The position numbers were made by a program, and so were the translations under genes. Shown piece by piece: positions 10,456-19,246 of a stretch of DNA of 64,000 nucleotides (position 1 is the first letter of the stretch; each line of letters opens with the position of its first letter). The notes under the pieces are model-generated. The model saw only the letters and a list, made by a program, of their open reading frames with translations. It had not been told where the DNA came from and ran no database searches. The stretch lies in NCBI GenBank assembly GCA_963793305.1, contig CAWBZV010000002.1, positions 384,001-448,000 on the forward strand, written 5' to 3'. The stretch comes from an uncultured Gemmatimonadales bacterium. GTDB taxonomy: Bacteria > Gemmatimonadota > Gemmatimonadetes > Gemmatimonadales > Gemmatimonadaceae.

Positions 10456-10474
10456 ACAGTTTCCTCACATAAGG
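10456..10474 (+). promoter_or_regulatory. Candidate response-regulator box, copy 2 (ACAGTTTCCTCACATAAGG)
   Basis: Near-copy of 8130-8148, upstream of the sulfur operon; TAACGT at 10512-10517 precedes ATG by 6 nt. Confidence 0.5.
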
Positions 10475-10523
10475 CGAACCGTTAGGCCATCAGTTCGGGA
10501 CCGGGCGTGAGTAACGTGGTTCC

Positions 10524-11372
10524 ATGCACCTACTCCTCGCCGCCCTCCTCGTCACGGGCCCACGACTGGTCACGACCTCGTGGCTCGCCGATCACCTGCA
10601 CGACCCCGATCTGGTGATCCTGCACGTCGGTTCGCCGGACAAATACGCCACGCACATCCCTGGCGCCCAACGCACCGATCTCTCGATCCTGTCCGAGAAC
10701 GCGTGGCCGAACATGGACACGACGAAGCTTGCCACCGAGATGCTCCCGCCGGATGTCCTGCGCGCGCGCCTGGAATCCTATGGTATCTCGGATCACTCGA
10801 CGGTCGTAGTCTACCCAGCCTCCGACCGCGACATAACGTCGGCCACCCGAGTCGTGTTCACGTTGCGCTTCGCCGGCCTTGGGCAGAATGCGGCGCTCCT
10901 CGATGGCGGAATGGCCGCATGGAGCGCGGAACACCGGCCGCTCACGGCGGAGGTCCCACATCCGGCGCCAGGCCATATCGCGGCGACACCGGTGCCATCA
11001 CTGGTGGTCGATGCCGGGTACGTACAATCGCACCTCAAGCGACCCGGTTTCGTCGTGATCGACGCCCGTGACAAGGTCTTCTACGATGGCACCGAGCAGG
11101 GAGAGGCGCGCCGCGGTCATATTCCCGGTGCGAAGAACCTCCCATACACGGCCATGTTCGACGATGCGGACAAATTGAAGTCGTCGGCCGCTCTGCAAGC
11201 GCTCTTTCACGGCGTTGGCGCCGCGCCCGGCGACACCGTCGTCGCGTACTGCCATATCGGGATGCAGGCCACGGCCGTCCTGTTCGCCGCCGACCACATC
11301 GGCTATCCGGTCAAGCTGTACGACGGATCGTTCCAGGATTGGGCGAACCGGAAAGACCTGCCCGTGCAATGA
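10524..11372 (+). CDS. Two-domain rhodanese sulfurtransferase (SseA-like), possibly exported
   Basis: HIPGA in both domains, LDGG, active loop YCHIGMQA, LYDGSFQDW; hydrophobic N-terminus. Confidence 0.9.
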   Translation: MHLLLAALLVTGPRLVTTSWLADHLHDPDLVILHVGSPDKYATHIPGAQRTDLSILSENAWPNMDTTKLATEMLPPDVLRARLESYGISDHSTVVVYPASDRDITSATRVVFTLRFAGLGQNAALLDGGMAAWSAEHRPLTAEVPHPAPGHIAATPVPSLVVDAGYVQSHLKRPGFVVIDARDKVFYDGTEQGEARRGHIPGAKNLPYTAMFDDADKLKSSAALQALFHGVGAAPGDTVVAYCHIGMQATAVLFAADHIGYPVKLYDGSFQDWANRKDLPVQ

Positions 11373-11797
11373 AGTACGCCAACGCCTACGTGGCCGGCGT
11401 CGGCGTCGGCCTGGTGCTGCTCGCGACGTTCGTGCTCACCGGCCACGGGCTGGGCGCCATCGGCGCATACTCGCGACTCGTCGATCCCAGCCACGAGGAT
11501 TGGACCCTCTTTGAGCTCCTCGGCGTCGCCATCGGTGGCGCGCTCTCCGCGCTCCTTGCCGGGCGCCTTCGACTCGCGATCGAGCGCGGGCCGCACGCCA
11601 CGCCCGCCGCACGATTGGCGACTGCCGGCGCGGGTGGGGTTGCCATGGGCATTGGGGCGAAGGTGGCGGGCGGGTGCACGAGCGGCCTCGCGCTGAGCGG
11701 CGGCGCTGTCTTAAGCGTCGGGGCCTGGGTCTTCATCGCCTGCGCATTCGCGGCGGGCTACGCGATCATGTTGGTCGTCAAGCGCCTATGGATCTGA
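11369..11797 (+). CDS. YeeE/YedE family sulfur transport membrane protein (half-size)
   Basis: GGCTSG motif, Gly-rich TM helices, ATGA overlap with rhodanese. Confidence 0.85.
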   Translation: MKYANAYVAGVGVGLVLLATFVLTGHGLGAIGAYSRLVDPSHEDWTLFELLGVAIGGALSALLAGRLRLAIERGPHATPAARLATAGAGGVAMGIGAKVAGGCTSGLALSGGAVLSVGAWVFIACAFAAGYAIMLVVKRLWI

Positions 11798-12309
11798 TCG
11801 CGATTGCGCTCGGCGTCGCCTTCGGATTTTGCCTGGAGCGCGGAGGCATGGCATACGCCCCGAAGCTGGCCGGTCAATTTACCGGCGCCGACTTCACCGT
11901 GCTGCGCGTGATGTTCAGCGCCATCATCACGGCGATGCTCGGTCTCTTCTGGCTCGACCGCCTCGGGTTGCGGGACCTCGCGAGCGTCTACGTACCGAAC
12001 ACCCATCTGCCCGCGCAAATCATCGGTGGCGTGATATTCGGCGCCGGTTTCGCGACCGCCGGTCTCTGTCCGGGAACATCCTGTGTCGCGGCAGCCACCG
12101 GACGCCTCGACGGTCTGGCGGTGATGGTTGGACTCATACTCGGCGTGATCGCCTTCAATATGGCTCATCCTCTGTCCGACGCCGCGACGCTCGGTCCGCA
12201 GACGTTGCCCTCGGCACTGGGCATACCGTACGGCGTCGTCGTGTGCCTCGTCGTGCTGCTGGCGCTCGTGGTATTCGGCGTCTCCCGCACGCTCGAACGC
12301 CAGCCATGA
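11788..12309 (+). CDS. YeeE/YedE family sulfur transport membrane protein (second half-size subunit)
   Basis: FGFCLERGG, GGVIFGAG, GLCPGTS motifs. Confidence 0.85.
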   Translation: MDLIAIALGVAFGFCLERGGMAYAPKLAGQFTGADFTVLRVMFSAIITAMLGLFWLDRLGLRDLASVYVPNTHLPAQIIGGVIFGAGFATAGLCPGTSCVAAATGRLDGLAVMVGLILGVIAFNMAHPLSDAATLGPQTLPSALGIPYGVVVCLVVLLALVVFGVSRTLERQP

Positions 12310-12728
12310 CCCGCGTGCTCCTCGGCCTCGCGATCATTCTCGGACTCGCGGCCGCTCTCGTCAGACGCCCGACCACGGTCGACCTCGATGCCTTGGCGCG
12401 CGACGTAGACCTCGAGAACGATCACATCACGGCCACACAGCTCGCCACGTGGATCCACGATCGCCATCCGGGGCTCCGGATCATCGATCTTCGCTCGGAC
12501 AGCGAGTACACCGCGGGACATATTCCCGGCGCCGAGCACATGTCGCTCTCCGCGCTGCGACACGCCGGGTTTCGGCGCGATGAGACGATCGTGCTCTACT
12601 CGGCCGGCGGCGGCCACGCGGCCCAGGGTTGGTTCTTTCTGCGGGCATCGGGACTCCAGCACGTGTACTCGCTGCGGGGCGGCGCCGACGAGTGGGCGGC
12701 CAAACGGGCGTGGCGCGGCCAGTGCTGA
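12306..12728 (+). CDS. Membrane-anchored single-domain rhodanese-like protein (loop Cys->Ser, C-terminal Cys)
   Basis: IIDLR, GHIPGA, VLYSAGGGHA, LRGG..W, ends RGQC. Confidence 0.8.
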   Translation: MTRVLLGLAIILGLAAALVRRPTTVDLDALARDVDLENDHITATQLATWIHDRHPGLRIIDLRSDSEYTAGHIPGAEHMSLSALRHAGFRRDETIVLYSAGGGHAAQGWFFLRASGLQHVYSLRGGADEWAAKRAWRGQC

Positions 12729-13886
12729 CCGACGACGCGACGTATTTCGCCAACCTGCGCGCGCGGGAATTCAGCCGGCTCAATGCGGCGGGGTGCGCGT
12801 ATCTCGACTATACGGGCAGCGGCCTCTACGCCGAGTCGCTGATCCGCGCCGACACGCATCGCCTGCTGCACTCGGTTGCCGGTAATCCGCACTCGGATCC
12901 GTGCATGGCCGAGTGCATTCGAACGCACTCGCGCCAACGTCCTCGCATGGCTCGACGCGGACCCTCGCGACTATACGGTCATTTTTACCGCGAATGCCAC
13001 CGCGGCCTTACGCCTCGTCGGCGAGAGCTATCCGTTCACGTCGCTCACTCTATCAGCGGATAATCACAATTCAGTCAATGGGCTGCGTAGGTTCGCACGC
13101 CGGCGTGGGGCATCGGTTCGGTATCTCCCGCTCAATGACCAGCTCCGCCTCGACGACGAGCCGACAGGGCAGGGTCTCTTCGCGTATCCCGCTCAATCGA
13201 ATTTCTCTGGCGTGCAGCATCCACTCACATGGCCGCGCGACGGTGATGTGCTGCTTGATGCTGCCGCATTCGTGTCCACCAACGCACTCTCGCTGCGGTC
13301 CTGCATGGCGACGTTCGTGGTCGTCTCGTTCTACAAAGTGTTCGGGTATCCAACGGGAGTCGGCGCCCTCATCGTCCGGCACGACGCGCTGAAGCGTCTC
13401 AAGCGTCCCTGGTTCTCCGGCGGCACGGTCGAGCGGGTATGGGTGAGTCAACGACGGCACAAGCTCAAAGCCGGCGCCGAGGGGTTCGAAGACGGTACGC
13501 CGAACTTTCTCGCCCTGGCTGCGCTCGGGTCCGGGCTGGCATTCATGCGCGAAGTCGGCATCGAACGGCTGCATCGGCGCGTGATGCACCTGGCGACCCT
13601 GCTCCGACAACGCCTGACCGACCATCCGCGCATCCGCGTGTACGGGCCGGCCGAAACCAATAGCGGCGTCGTCACGTTCAATGTCGAGGGCGTGAGTTTC
13701 GAGAGCGTCGAGCGCGCCGCGCGAGACGCCAATATTGCCATACGAAGTGGTTGTTTTTGTAACCCTGGAGCAGCCGAGCGAGCATTCGCGTCAGACGGAC
13801 AGATGGGAGCGGTGAGGGCGTCGTTCGGGGTAGCAAGCAACGAGCGAGACGTGATGAGATTGGTTTCTGTTCTCGGAGAGCTATAA
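12722..13886 (+). CDS. Class V PLP enzyme, Moco sulfurase N-domain-like cysteine desulfurase; apparent +1 frameshift at 12918-12919
   Basis: YLDYTG, GNPHS, FTANATAAL, DNHNSV, AQSNFSG, LLDAAA, SFYKVFGYPTGVG, RSGCFCNPGA across two frames. Confidence 0.85.
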
Positions 13887-13891
13887 CAATC

Positions 13892-16267
13892 ATGAAAGTC
13901 CTGCGCACGCTGCGCCTGCACAAAGCCTATTGCGCCCTCGTAATCTTCACGCTGTCCCTCGGCATCGGCGCCAACACCGCGATCTTCAGCGTGATCAACG
14001 GCGTGCTCCTGCGCCCGCTGCCATACGCCAACGGCGCCCGCATGGTGCTCGTGCGGCAGCCCGCGCTGCGCCTCGGTCAACCGGACTACGGGTTCTCCAT
14101 GCTCGAAGTCCAAGACTATCGCAGCGGGATGCGCTCGTTCGACGCTGTCGACGCCTATCACAGCATGACGTTCACGGTGTACGGACACGGCGAGCCCCTG
14201 CGCGTCACCAGTGGCGTGGTCTCCTCGGGCTTCTTCGACGACCTCGGCGTGCGTCCGATCCTCGGCCGGACGTTCCGAGCTGGCGAAGACGCGATTGGGC
14301 AACCGGCGATCGCGCTTCTGAGCTACGAGTTCTGGAAGGATCGCTTCAACGCCGACCCGAACGTCGTGGGTCAGACGTTCACGATGAACGACAAGGTACA
14401 CACGGTCGTCGGCGTGCTCCCGCCGCTGCCGAAGTTTCCGAACGCGAACGATATCTACATCCCGAACGGCAGCTGCCCGTTCCTCTCGCAGCCGGCGATG
14501 ATGAACGATCGCGGGATGCGCATGGTCGCGATGCTCGCCCGACTCAACCCTGGCGTCAGCGAAGCGCGTGCCGCGGCGGACGTGAACGCGATGTCCCGGC
14601 GCGCGCACCAGGATTACGCCTCGGTGTACCCACCCGATCTCGGTCTCTCGGTGCAGATCGTCGGCCTGCGCGAGGCACTCACGCGCGACGGTCGGCCGAC
14701 GTTCGTGGCGCTACTCGCCATGACGGTATTTCTGCTCGCGGTCTCCGGCGCCAATGTCGCGAACCTCGCGCTGGCCCGCCAGCTTCGCCGAACGCGCGAG
14801 CTCGCGATCCGCGTCGCGCTCGGCGCCGACCGTCTGCGTCTGCTGCGCGAGCTCATGACCGAAAGCACCGTGCTCGCCGTCATCGGCGGCGCCGTTGGCG
14901 TTGTCCTCGCTTGGGGTGGACTCGGACTCCTCCGCGACTTCGCGAGCCGCTACACGCCGAACACCGCCGGCATCCGGATCGACGCGGCCGTGCTGCTGTT
15001 CACGTTGATCGTCTCGGTGGTCACGGGCCTTCTATTCGGCGCCCTGCCCGTGCTGCCGGCGCGCCGGAGCCTGTCCGACATCCTGCGCGACGGCGGCGCG
15101 ACGTCGCCGGGCGCGAGCCGTGGACGCTTACGGGCGACCCTCGTCGTGTGCCAAGTCGCCATCGCATTCGTGCTGCTGGCCGGGGCAGGGCTCCTGGCCC
15201 GCACGCTGGTGAACTTGCGGCGTGTCGACCCGGGATACGACGCGTCACATGTGACGACCGCGCTCGTATCGCTCAACTGGACCAAGTACGCCGACACGCT
15301 CTCGCAACAGCGCGCCGGAGCGGACCTCGTGCGCGCCCTTCGTTCGGCGCCCGGTGTGATAGCGGTCGGCATTGCCGGCGCGCTCCCGCTCGACGGCCAA
15401 CCCGCCGGTCGGTTTCCGCTCCAGACTGCTCAGCGAAAAGTCCAGGCCGAGTTCATCACGGTCGGTGGCGACTATTTCCGAGCAACCGGAACCCCCGTCC
15501 TCGGCGGTCGAGAGTTCGCCGACGCCGATCGCGACCAACAGGTCGTGGTCGTCAATCAGACCGCGGCGCGCACGTTCTGGCGCGGCGATCCGCTCGGCCA
15601 GCGGATCTCGGCGGATACTGGAAAGCACTGGTTCACGGTTGTCGGTGTCGTCCGCGACGTCCGCCAACACGATCTCACGAGTGAGGTGGGACCGGTCGTG
15701 TACGTGCCGTTCGAGCGGTCGCCCCAACCGTCCATCCGCGTGCTGCTCCGCGGCGCCGGATCGTTCGCCACGACGGCGGACCAGATCCGGGACGCGGCCC
15801 ACGGGCTGGATCCGCTGACGCCCGTGTCCGAAGTCCAGACGCTGGAGGCGCTCCGGACGACCACACTTGCGTCGCCGCTGCTCACGACGGTGCTGAGTCT
15901 GGGGCTCGCACTCGTGGCCTTGCTCCTCACGGCTGCCGGGCTCGGTGGCGTCATGGCTTTTGCGGTGGCGGAGCGTACGCAGGAGCTCGGTATTCGTCTG
16001 GCGCTTGGCGCTGGCCGCGGCGCGGTACTGACAATGGTCGTGCGCCAGGGCATGATGCTCGTAGCCATCGGACTCGTGGCCGGATTTGCGGTCGCGCTCG
16101 CCATCACGCGGGGGCTCAGTGGCTTGCTCTTCGGCGTCGGGCCGACCGACATCATTACGTACGCCTCGGTGTTCTCTGGCATTGTGACCGTCACGCTCGT
16201 CGCGTGCTTGGTGCCCGCTCGCCGGGCCGTGAGCATCGATCCTTTACGAGCCTTGCGCGGGACCTAG
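13892..16267 (+). CDS. ADOP-type duplicated orphan ABC permease (MacB/FtsX x2)
   Basis: LGIGANTAIFS, ANVANL, ELAIRVALGA, ELGIRLALGA, PARRA..IDP..ALR; no adjacent ATPase. Confidence 0.92.
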   Translation: MKVLRTLRLHKAYCALVIFTLSLGIGANTAIFSVINGVLLRPLPYANGARMVLVRQPALRLGQPDYGFSMLEVQDYRSGMRSFDAVDAYHSMTFTVYGHGEPLRVTSGVVSSGFFDDLGVRPILGRTFRAGEDAIGQPAIALLSYEFWKDRFNADPNVVGQTFTMNDKVHTVVGVLPPLPKFPNANDIYIPNGSCPFLSQPAMMNDRGMRMVAMLARLNPGVSEARAAADVNAMSRRAHQDYASVYPPDLGLSVQIVGLREALTRDGRPTFVALLAMTVFLLAVSGANVANLALARQLRRTRELAIRVALGADRLRLLRELMTESTVLAVIGGAVGVVLAWGGLGLLRDFASRYTPNTAGIRIDAAVLLFTLIVSVVTGLLFGALPVLPARRSLSDILRDGGATSPGASRGRLRATLVVCQVAIAFVLLAGAGLLARTLVNLRRVDPGYDASHVTTALVSLNWTKYADTLSQQRAGADLVRALRSAPGVIAVGIAGALPLDGQPAGRFPLQTAQRKVQAEFITVGGDYFRATGTPVLGGREFADADRDQQVVVVNQTAARTFWRGDPLGQRISADTGKHWFTVVGVVRDVRQHDLTSEVGPVVYVPFERSPQPSIRVLLRGAGSFATTADQIRDAAHGLDPLTPVSEVQTLEALRTTTLASPLLTTVLSLGLALVALLLTAAGLGGVMAFAVAERTQELGIRLALGAGRGAVLTMVVRQGMMLVAIGLVAGFAVALAITRGLSGLLFGVGPTDIITYASVFSGIVTVTLVACLVPARRAVSIDPLRALRGT

Positions 16268-16293
16268 GCACGGACCTGGCATAATGGGGGTGC

Positions 16294-17589
16294 ATGAACG
16301 TTCTTCTCGTGCACCCCAGTGCCCTGAGATACGCCGAGCCGTATCTCCGTCTCGAGCCCCTGGGTTTGGAGTGTGTCGCCCAGGCGCTGGCGCGCGACAG
16401 CCACATCGTTCACGTACTCGACCTCCAAGTTTCGACGCATTGGCAGTTACGAAAAGAGCTGAATGGTTTTCGGCCGGAGGCGGTCGGGCTGTCGTTGAAC
16501 CACCTCGCCAACGTCCCTGAGGTGATCGAGCTCGCGAAGCTCGTCAAGCGTCGGCTTCCGGACGCGTTTGTCTTTATCGAAGGACAGGCCGCCTCTCTCA
16601 TTGCGGACGATATCCAGGCCCATGGGGACAGTGCCATCGATTCGGTCGTGATCGGCGAGGCCGAAGCCGCCGTGCCGGCCCTGCTCGCTGCTCCGTCCAA
16701 CCCGTGCAAAGTCGTCCGAGCGGCCCCAATCGCCGACATATCCCGTGTCCGCCCGGCCCGCGACCTCACCCGGCGCCGGAAGCGGTATTTCATTGGCGAC
16801 CTGACGCCGTGCGCGAGCATCGAGATCTCACGCGGTCGTCGATTGGCATCGGCCGAGGTCGTCGCGAACGAGCTGTTGGACATTCAGGAGCCGAATGTCT
16901 TCATCGGTGATGATGTGTCGTTCGCGTTTACCGATCACGTGATGGCGGTCGCCGAGGAGATCGAGCTGCGGCGGCTTCGTCAGCGCTACGCGGTCGCGAC
17001 GCGCGCGGAGATTGTGCTGACCAACGAGGAAGTCTTCGACCGCTGGGTCGACATTGGCCTCACCTCACTCTTCTTCCGCCTCGCGTCACTCGACGATGAG
17101 CCGCGGGCGCTGACCAATCGCGCCCTCGAGATCGCGCAGCGATTCGATCTGAGCTCGACGATCGATCTTGCGGTCGATCCCTCGTGGGATCGCGCTGACT
17201 TCGCTCGCGCGCGGGAGTGGGCCTCGACCGTTCCCGCGACGGTGCATCTCACGGTGACGACACCCGCTCCCGGCGATCCCCGTATCACGTCGACGGACTA
17301 TCGGTTGTACGATGGCCGCCACGCCGTGATGGCGACGCGACTGTCGCTGGCCGATTTCTACGATGAGCTGGTGAACACGCAGACCATCATCCAGCGGCAA
17401 CGCATGGGATGGCGCGCGGTGTTCGCATCGCGATTGGCGAACAACGCACCGCGCCGTCTCGCCGATCATCGGCGCCCGGCAACGTATGCACTGCGCCGGT
17501 CAGTGGAGCACAAGCGCAGTGAACGGCGCGACGTAAGCTTCGAGCGTCACCAGCAGACCTACCAGCCCGGCCAACGCCAGACTGTGTAG
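16294..17589 (+). CDS. HpnR-like B12-binding/radical-SAM-fold protein lacking the CxxxCxxC motif
   Basis: LLVHPS, YLRLEPLGLE, LANVPEVI, RRRKRYFIG, PCASIE.SRG, DYRLYD..HAV resemble hopanoid C-3 methylase; cysteine triad absent. Confidence 0.75.
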   Translation: MNVLLVHPSALRYAEPYLRLEPLGLECVAQALARDSHIVHVLDLQVSTHWQLRKELNGFRPEAVGLSLNHLANVPEVIELAKLVKRRLPDAFVFIEGQAASLIADDIQAHGDSAIDSVVIGEAEAAVPALLAAPSNPCKVVRAAPIADISRVRPARDLTRRRKRYFIGDLTPCASIEISRGRRLASAEVVANELLDIQEPNVFIGDDVSFAFTDHVMAVAEEIELRRLRQRYAVATRAEIVLTNEEVFDRWVDIGLTSLFFRLASLDDEPRALTNRALEIAQRFDLSSTIDLAVDPSWDRADFARAREWASTVPATVHLTVTTPAPGDPRITSTDYRLYDGRHAVMATRLSLADFYDELVNTQTIIQRQRMGWRAVFASRLANNAPRRLADHRRPATYALRRSVEHKRSERRDVSFERHQQTYQPGQRQTV

Positions 17590-19119
17590 GAACACGAACC
17601 GCAGGATCGCCCACTCGTGGCCGTACCACCGCGTCGTGGTGCTGGCCACGACGATGCTCTGCATGTCGATCATCTTGCCCATGACGCCGCCGGAGCTGTT
17701 CGCGGCCGACATGAGCGTGGGGCTCAATCCGAGTTGATGGGACGTGATCGTCTGGAGGCTCCCAAACAGCACGTTCGATGCGGTATCCGACCCGGTCAGC
17801 GCCACGCCGAGCCATCCGAGGAGGGTCCCGAAGAACGGGTACCATACGCCGGTACTGGCGAACGCGAGCCCGAGGATGGCATCCATCCCGGAATAGCGGG
17901 CCAGGTACCCGATGCCGAGCATGGCGGCGATCGTGATCAGGGAGAGGCGCACGGTCACCAGCGACCGCCAATACACTTTGACGATCTCCGCGGGCCGATA
18001 CCCCATGACCGCGGCCGCAATCAACGCCGCGACCAGGATCCCGGTACCACTCGCCGACAGCCAGTTGAGCAAGAACACAGCCGTTTCCGGCTTGGCCTTG
18101 GCGACAACCGGCGGCACCCGCTGAACGACGCCGTCCAGGCCCGCAATCGGAAATTTCGGCGCCGAGATTCCGTCCAAGAATGCCTTGGTCTGTGGCAGTC
18201 CCCACAGGAAGACCACGACGCTGAGAATGATCCAAGGCGTCCAAGCCCGTATAACGTCGCCTCGATCGTGCTGCTCCTGGACCGGTTCCCGAGGCACGTC
18301 CCGAGGGTGCCAGACGCGCAGCAAGATGGTCAGGCCGGCTAACGAGACGAGGGCCGAGACGACATCGACCAGCCATGGTCCGTGGTAGTTCGACACCAGC
18401 CATTGCGGAATTGCAAACCCGACCCCGGCGACGACCAACGCCGGCCATACCGCTGCTGCTTTCTTCCAGCCGGCATACGCGATCACGAGCCAAAAGGGAA
18501 TCAGCACCGAGAAAAACGGCAGCTGTCGTCCGACCATGGCCGACAGGGTCCTCAGATCGATATCCGTGACCCCATGGAGGGCCACGAGCGGCGTCCCTAG
18601 CGCCCCAAACGCCACGGGGGCGGTATTGGCCAAGAGCGACAGGCCAGACGCCTCGAGCGGCGGGAATCCCAGGCCCAGGAGCAGCGCACCTGTCACGGCG
18701 ACCGGTGTGCCGAATCCGGCAGCGCCCTCGAAGAACGCTCCGAAGCTGAAGGCAATCAGCACCAGCTGCAGGCGGCGGTCAGAAGTGACGCGCCCCAAGC
18801 TGCGTTGGAGCACGACAAATAGTCCGCGCTCCTCCGTGAGCTGATAGAGAAATATCACGTTCAGGATGATCCAGCCGATCGGCAGGAGGCCGTACGCGAC
18901 GCCGAGGAGCGAGGCCCGGAGGGCGAGCCCCGCTGGCATGCCGAGCGCGCAGACGGCGACGACGAGGGCCGCGGCCAGCCCCAGAAGAGCAGCGCGGTGC
19001 GCGCGGATTCGCCCCACCGCGATCACTCCCAGAAGGGTCACGATGGGAACCGCCGCCACGAGCGTCGACAGGACGCGGTTGTGGAAGGGATCGTACGTTT
19101 GCGGCCAGGGCGCGATCAT
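17500..19119 (-). CDS. lctP: L-lactate permease
   Basis: FFEGAAGFGTPVA, ANTAPVAFGALG, LTGSDTASN.LFG.LQ, AANSSGGVMGKMI. Confidence 0.93.
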   Translation of the reverse strand: MIAPWPQTYDPFHNRVLSTLVAAVPIVTLLGVIAVGRIRAHRAALLGLAAALVVAVCALGMPAGLALRASLLGVAYGLLPIGWIILNVIFLYQLTEERGLFVVLQRSLGRVTSDRRLQLVLIAFSFGAFFEGAAGFGTPVAVTGALLLGLGFPPLEASGLSLLANTAPVAFGALGTPLVALHGVTDIDLRTLSAMVGRQLPFFSVLIPFWLVIAYAGWKKAAAVWPALVVAGVGFAIPQWLVSNYHGPWLVDVVSALVSLAGLTILLRVWHPRDVPREPVQEQHDRGDVIRAWTPWIILSVVVFLWGLPQTKAFLDGISAPKFPIAGLDGVVQRVPPVVAKAKPETAVFLLNWLSASGTGILVAALIAAAVMGYRPAEIVKVYWRSLVTVRLSLITIAAMLGIGYLARYSGMDAILGLAFASTGVWYPFFGTLLGWLGVALTGSDTASNVLFGSLQTITSHQLGLSPTLMSAANSSGGVMGKMIDMQSIVVASTTTRWYGHEWAILRFVFLHSLALAGLVGLLVTLEAYVAPFTALVLH

Positions 19120-19246
19120 GACCGCGAAGTATGCTCGACGAAGTCGAGCGTGGCCAACCGACCAGTCGAGCAGCGCGCAGCGCTGCATCGACGCGCCGCG
19201 GAGCGGCGTCCAGTGACGCTAAACGGTGCAAGCTGTCATACATGAG

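Noticed and set aside
13892..16267. ADOP permease as part of the sulfur relay
   Set aside because: Starts 5 nt after the desulfurase, but this paralog family is typically scattered and it has its own GGAGAG/TATAAC signals; the link is unsupported
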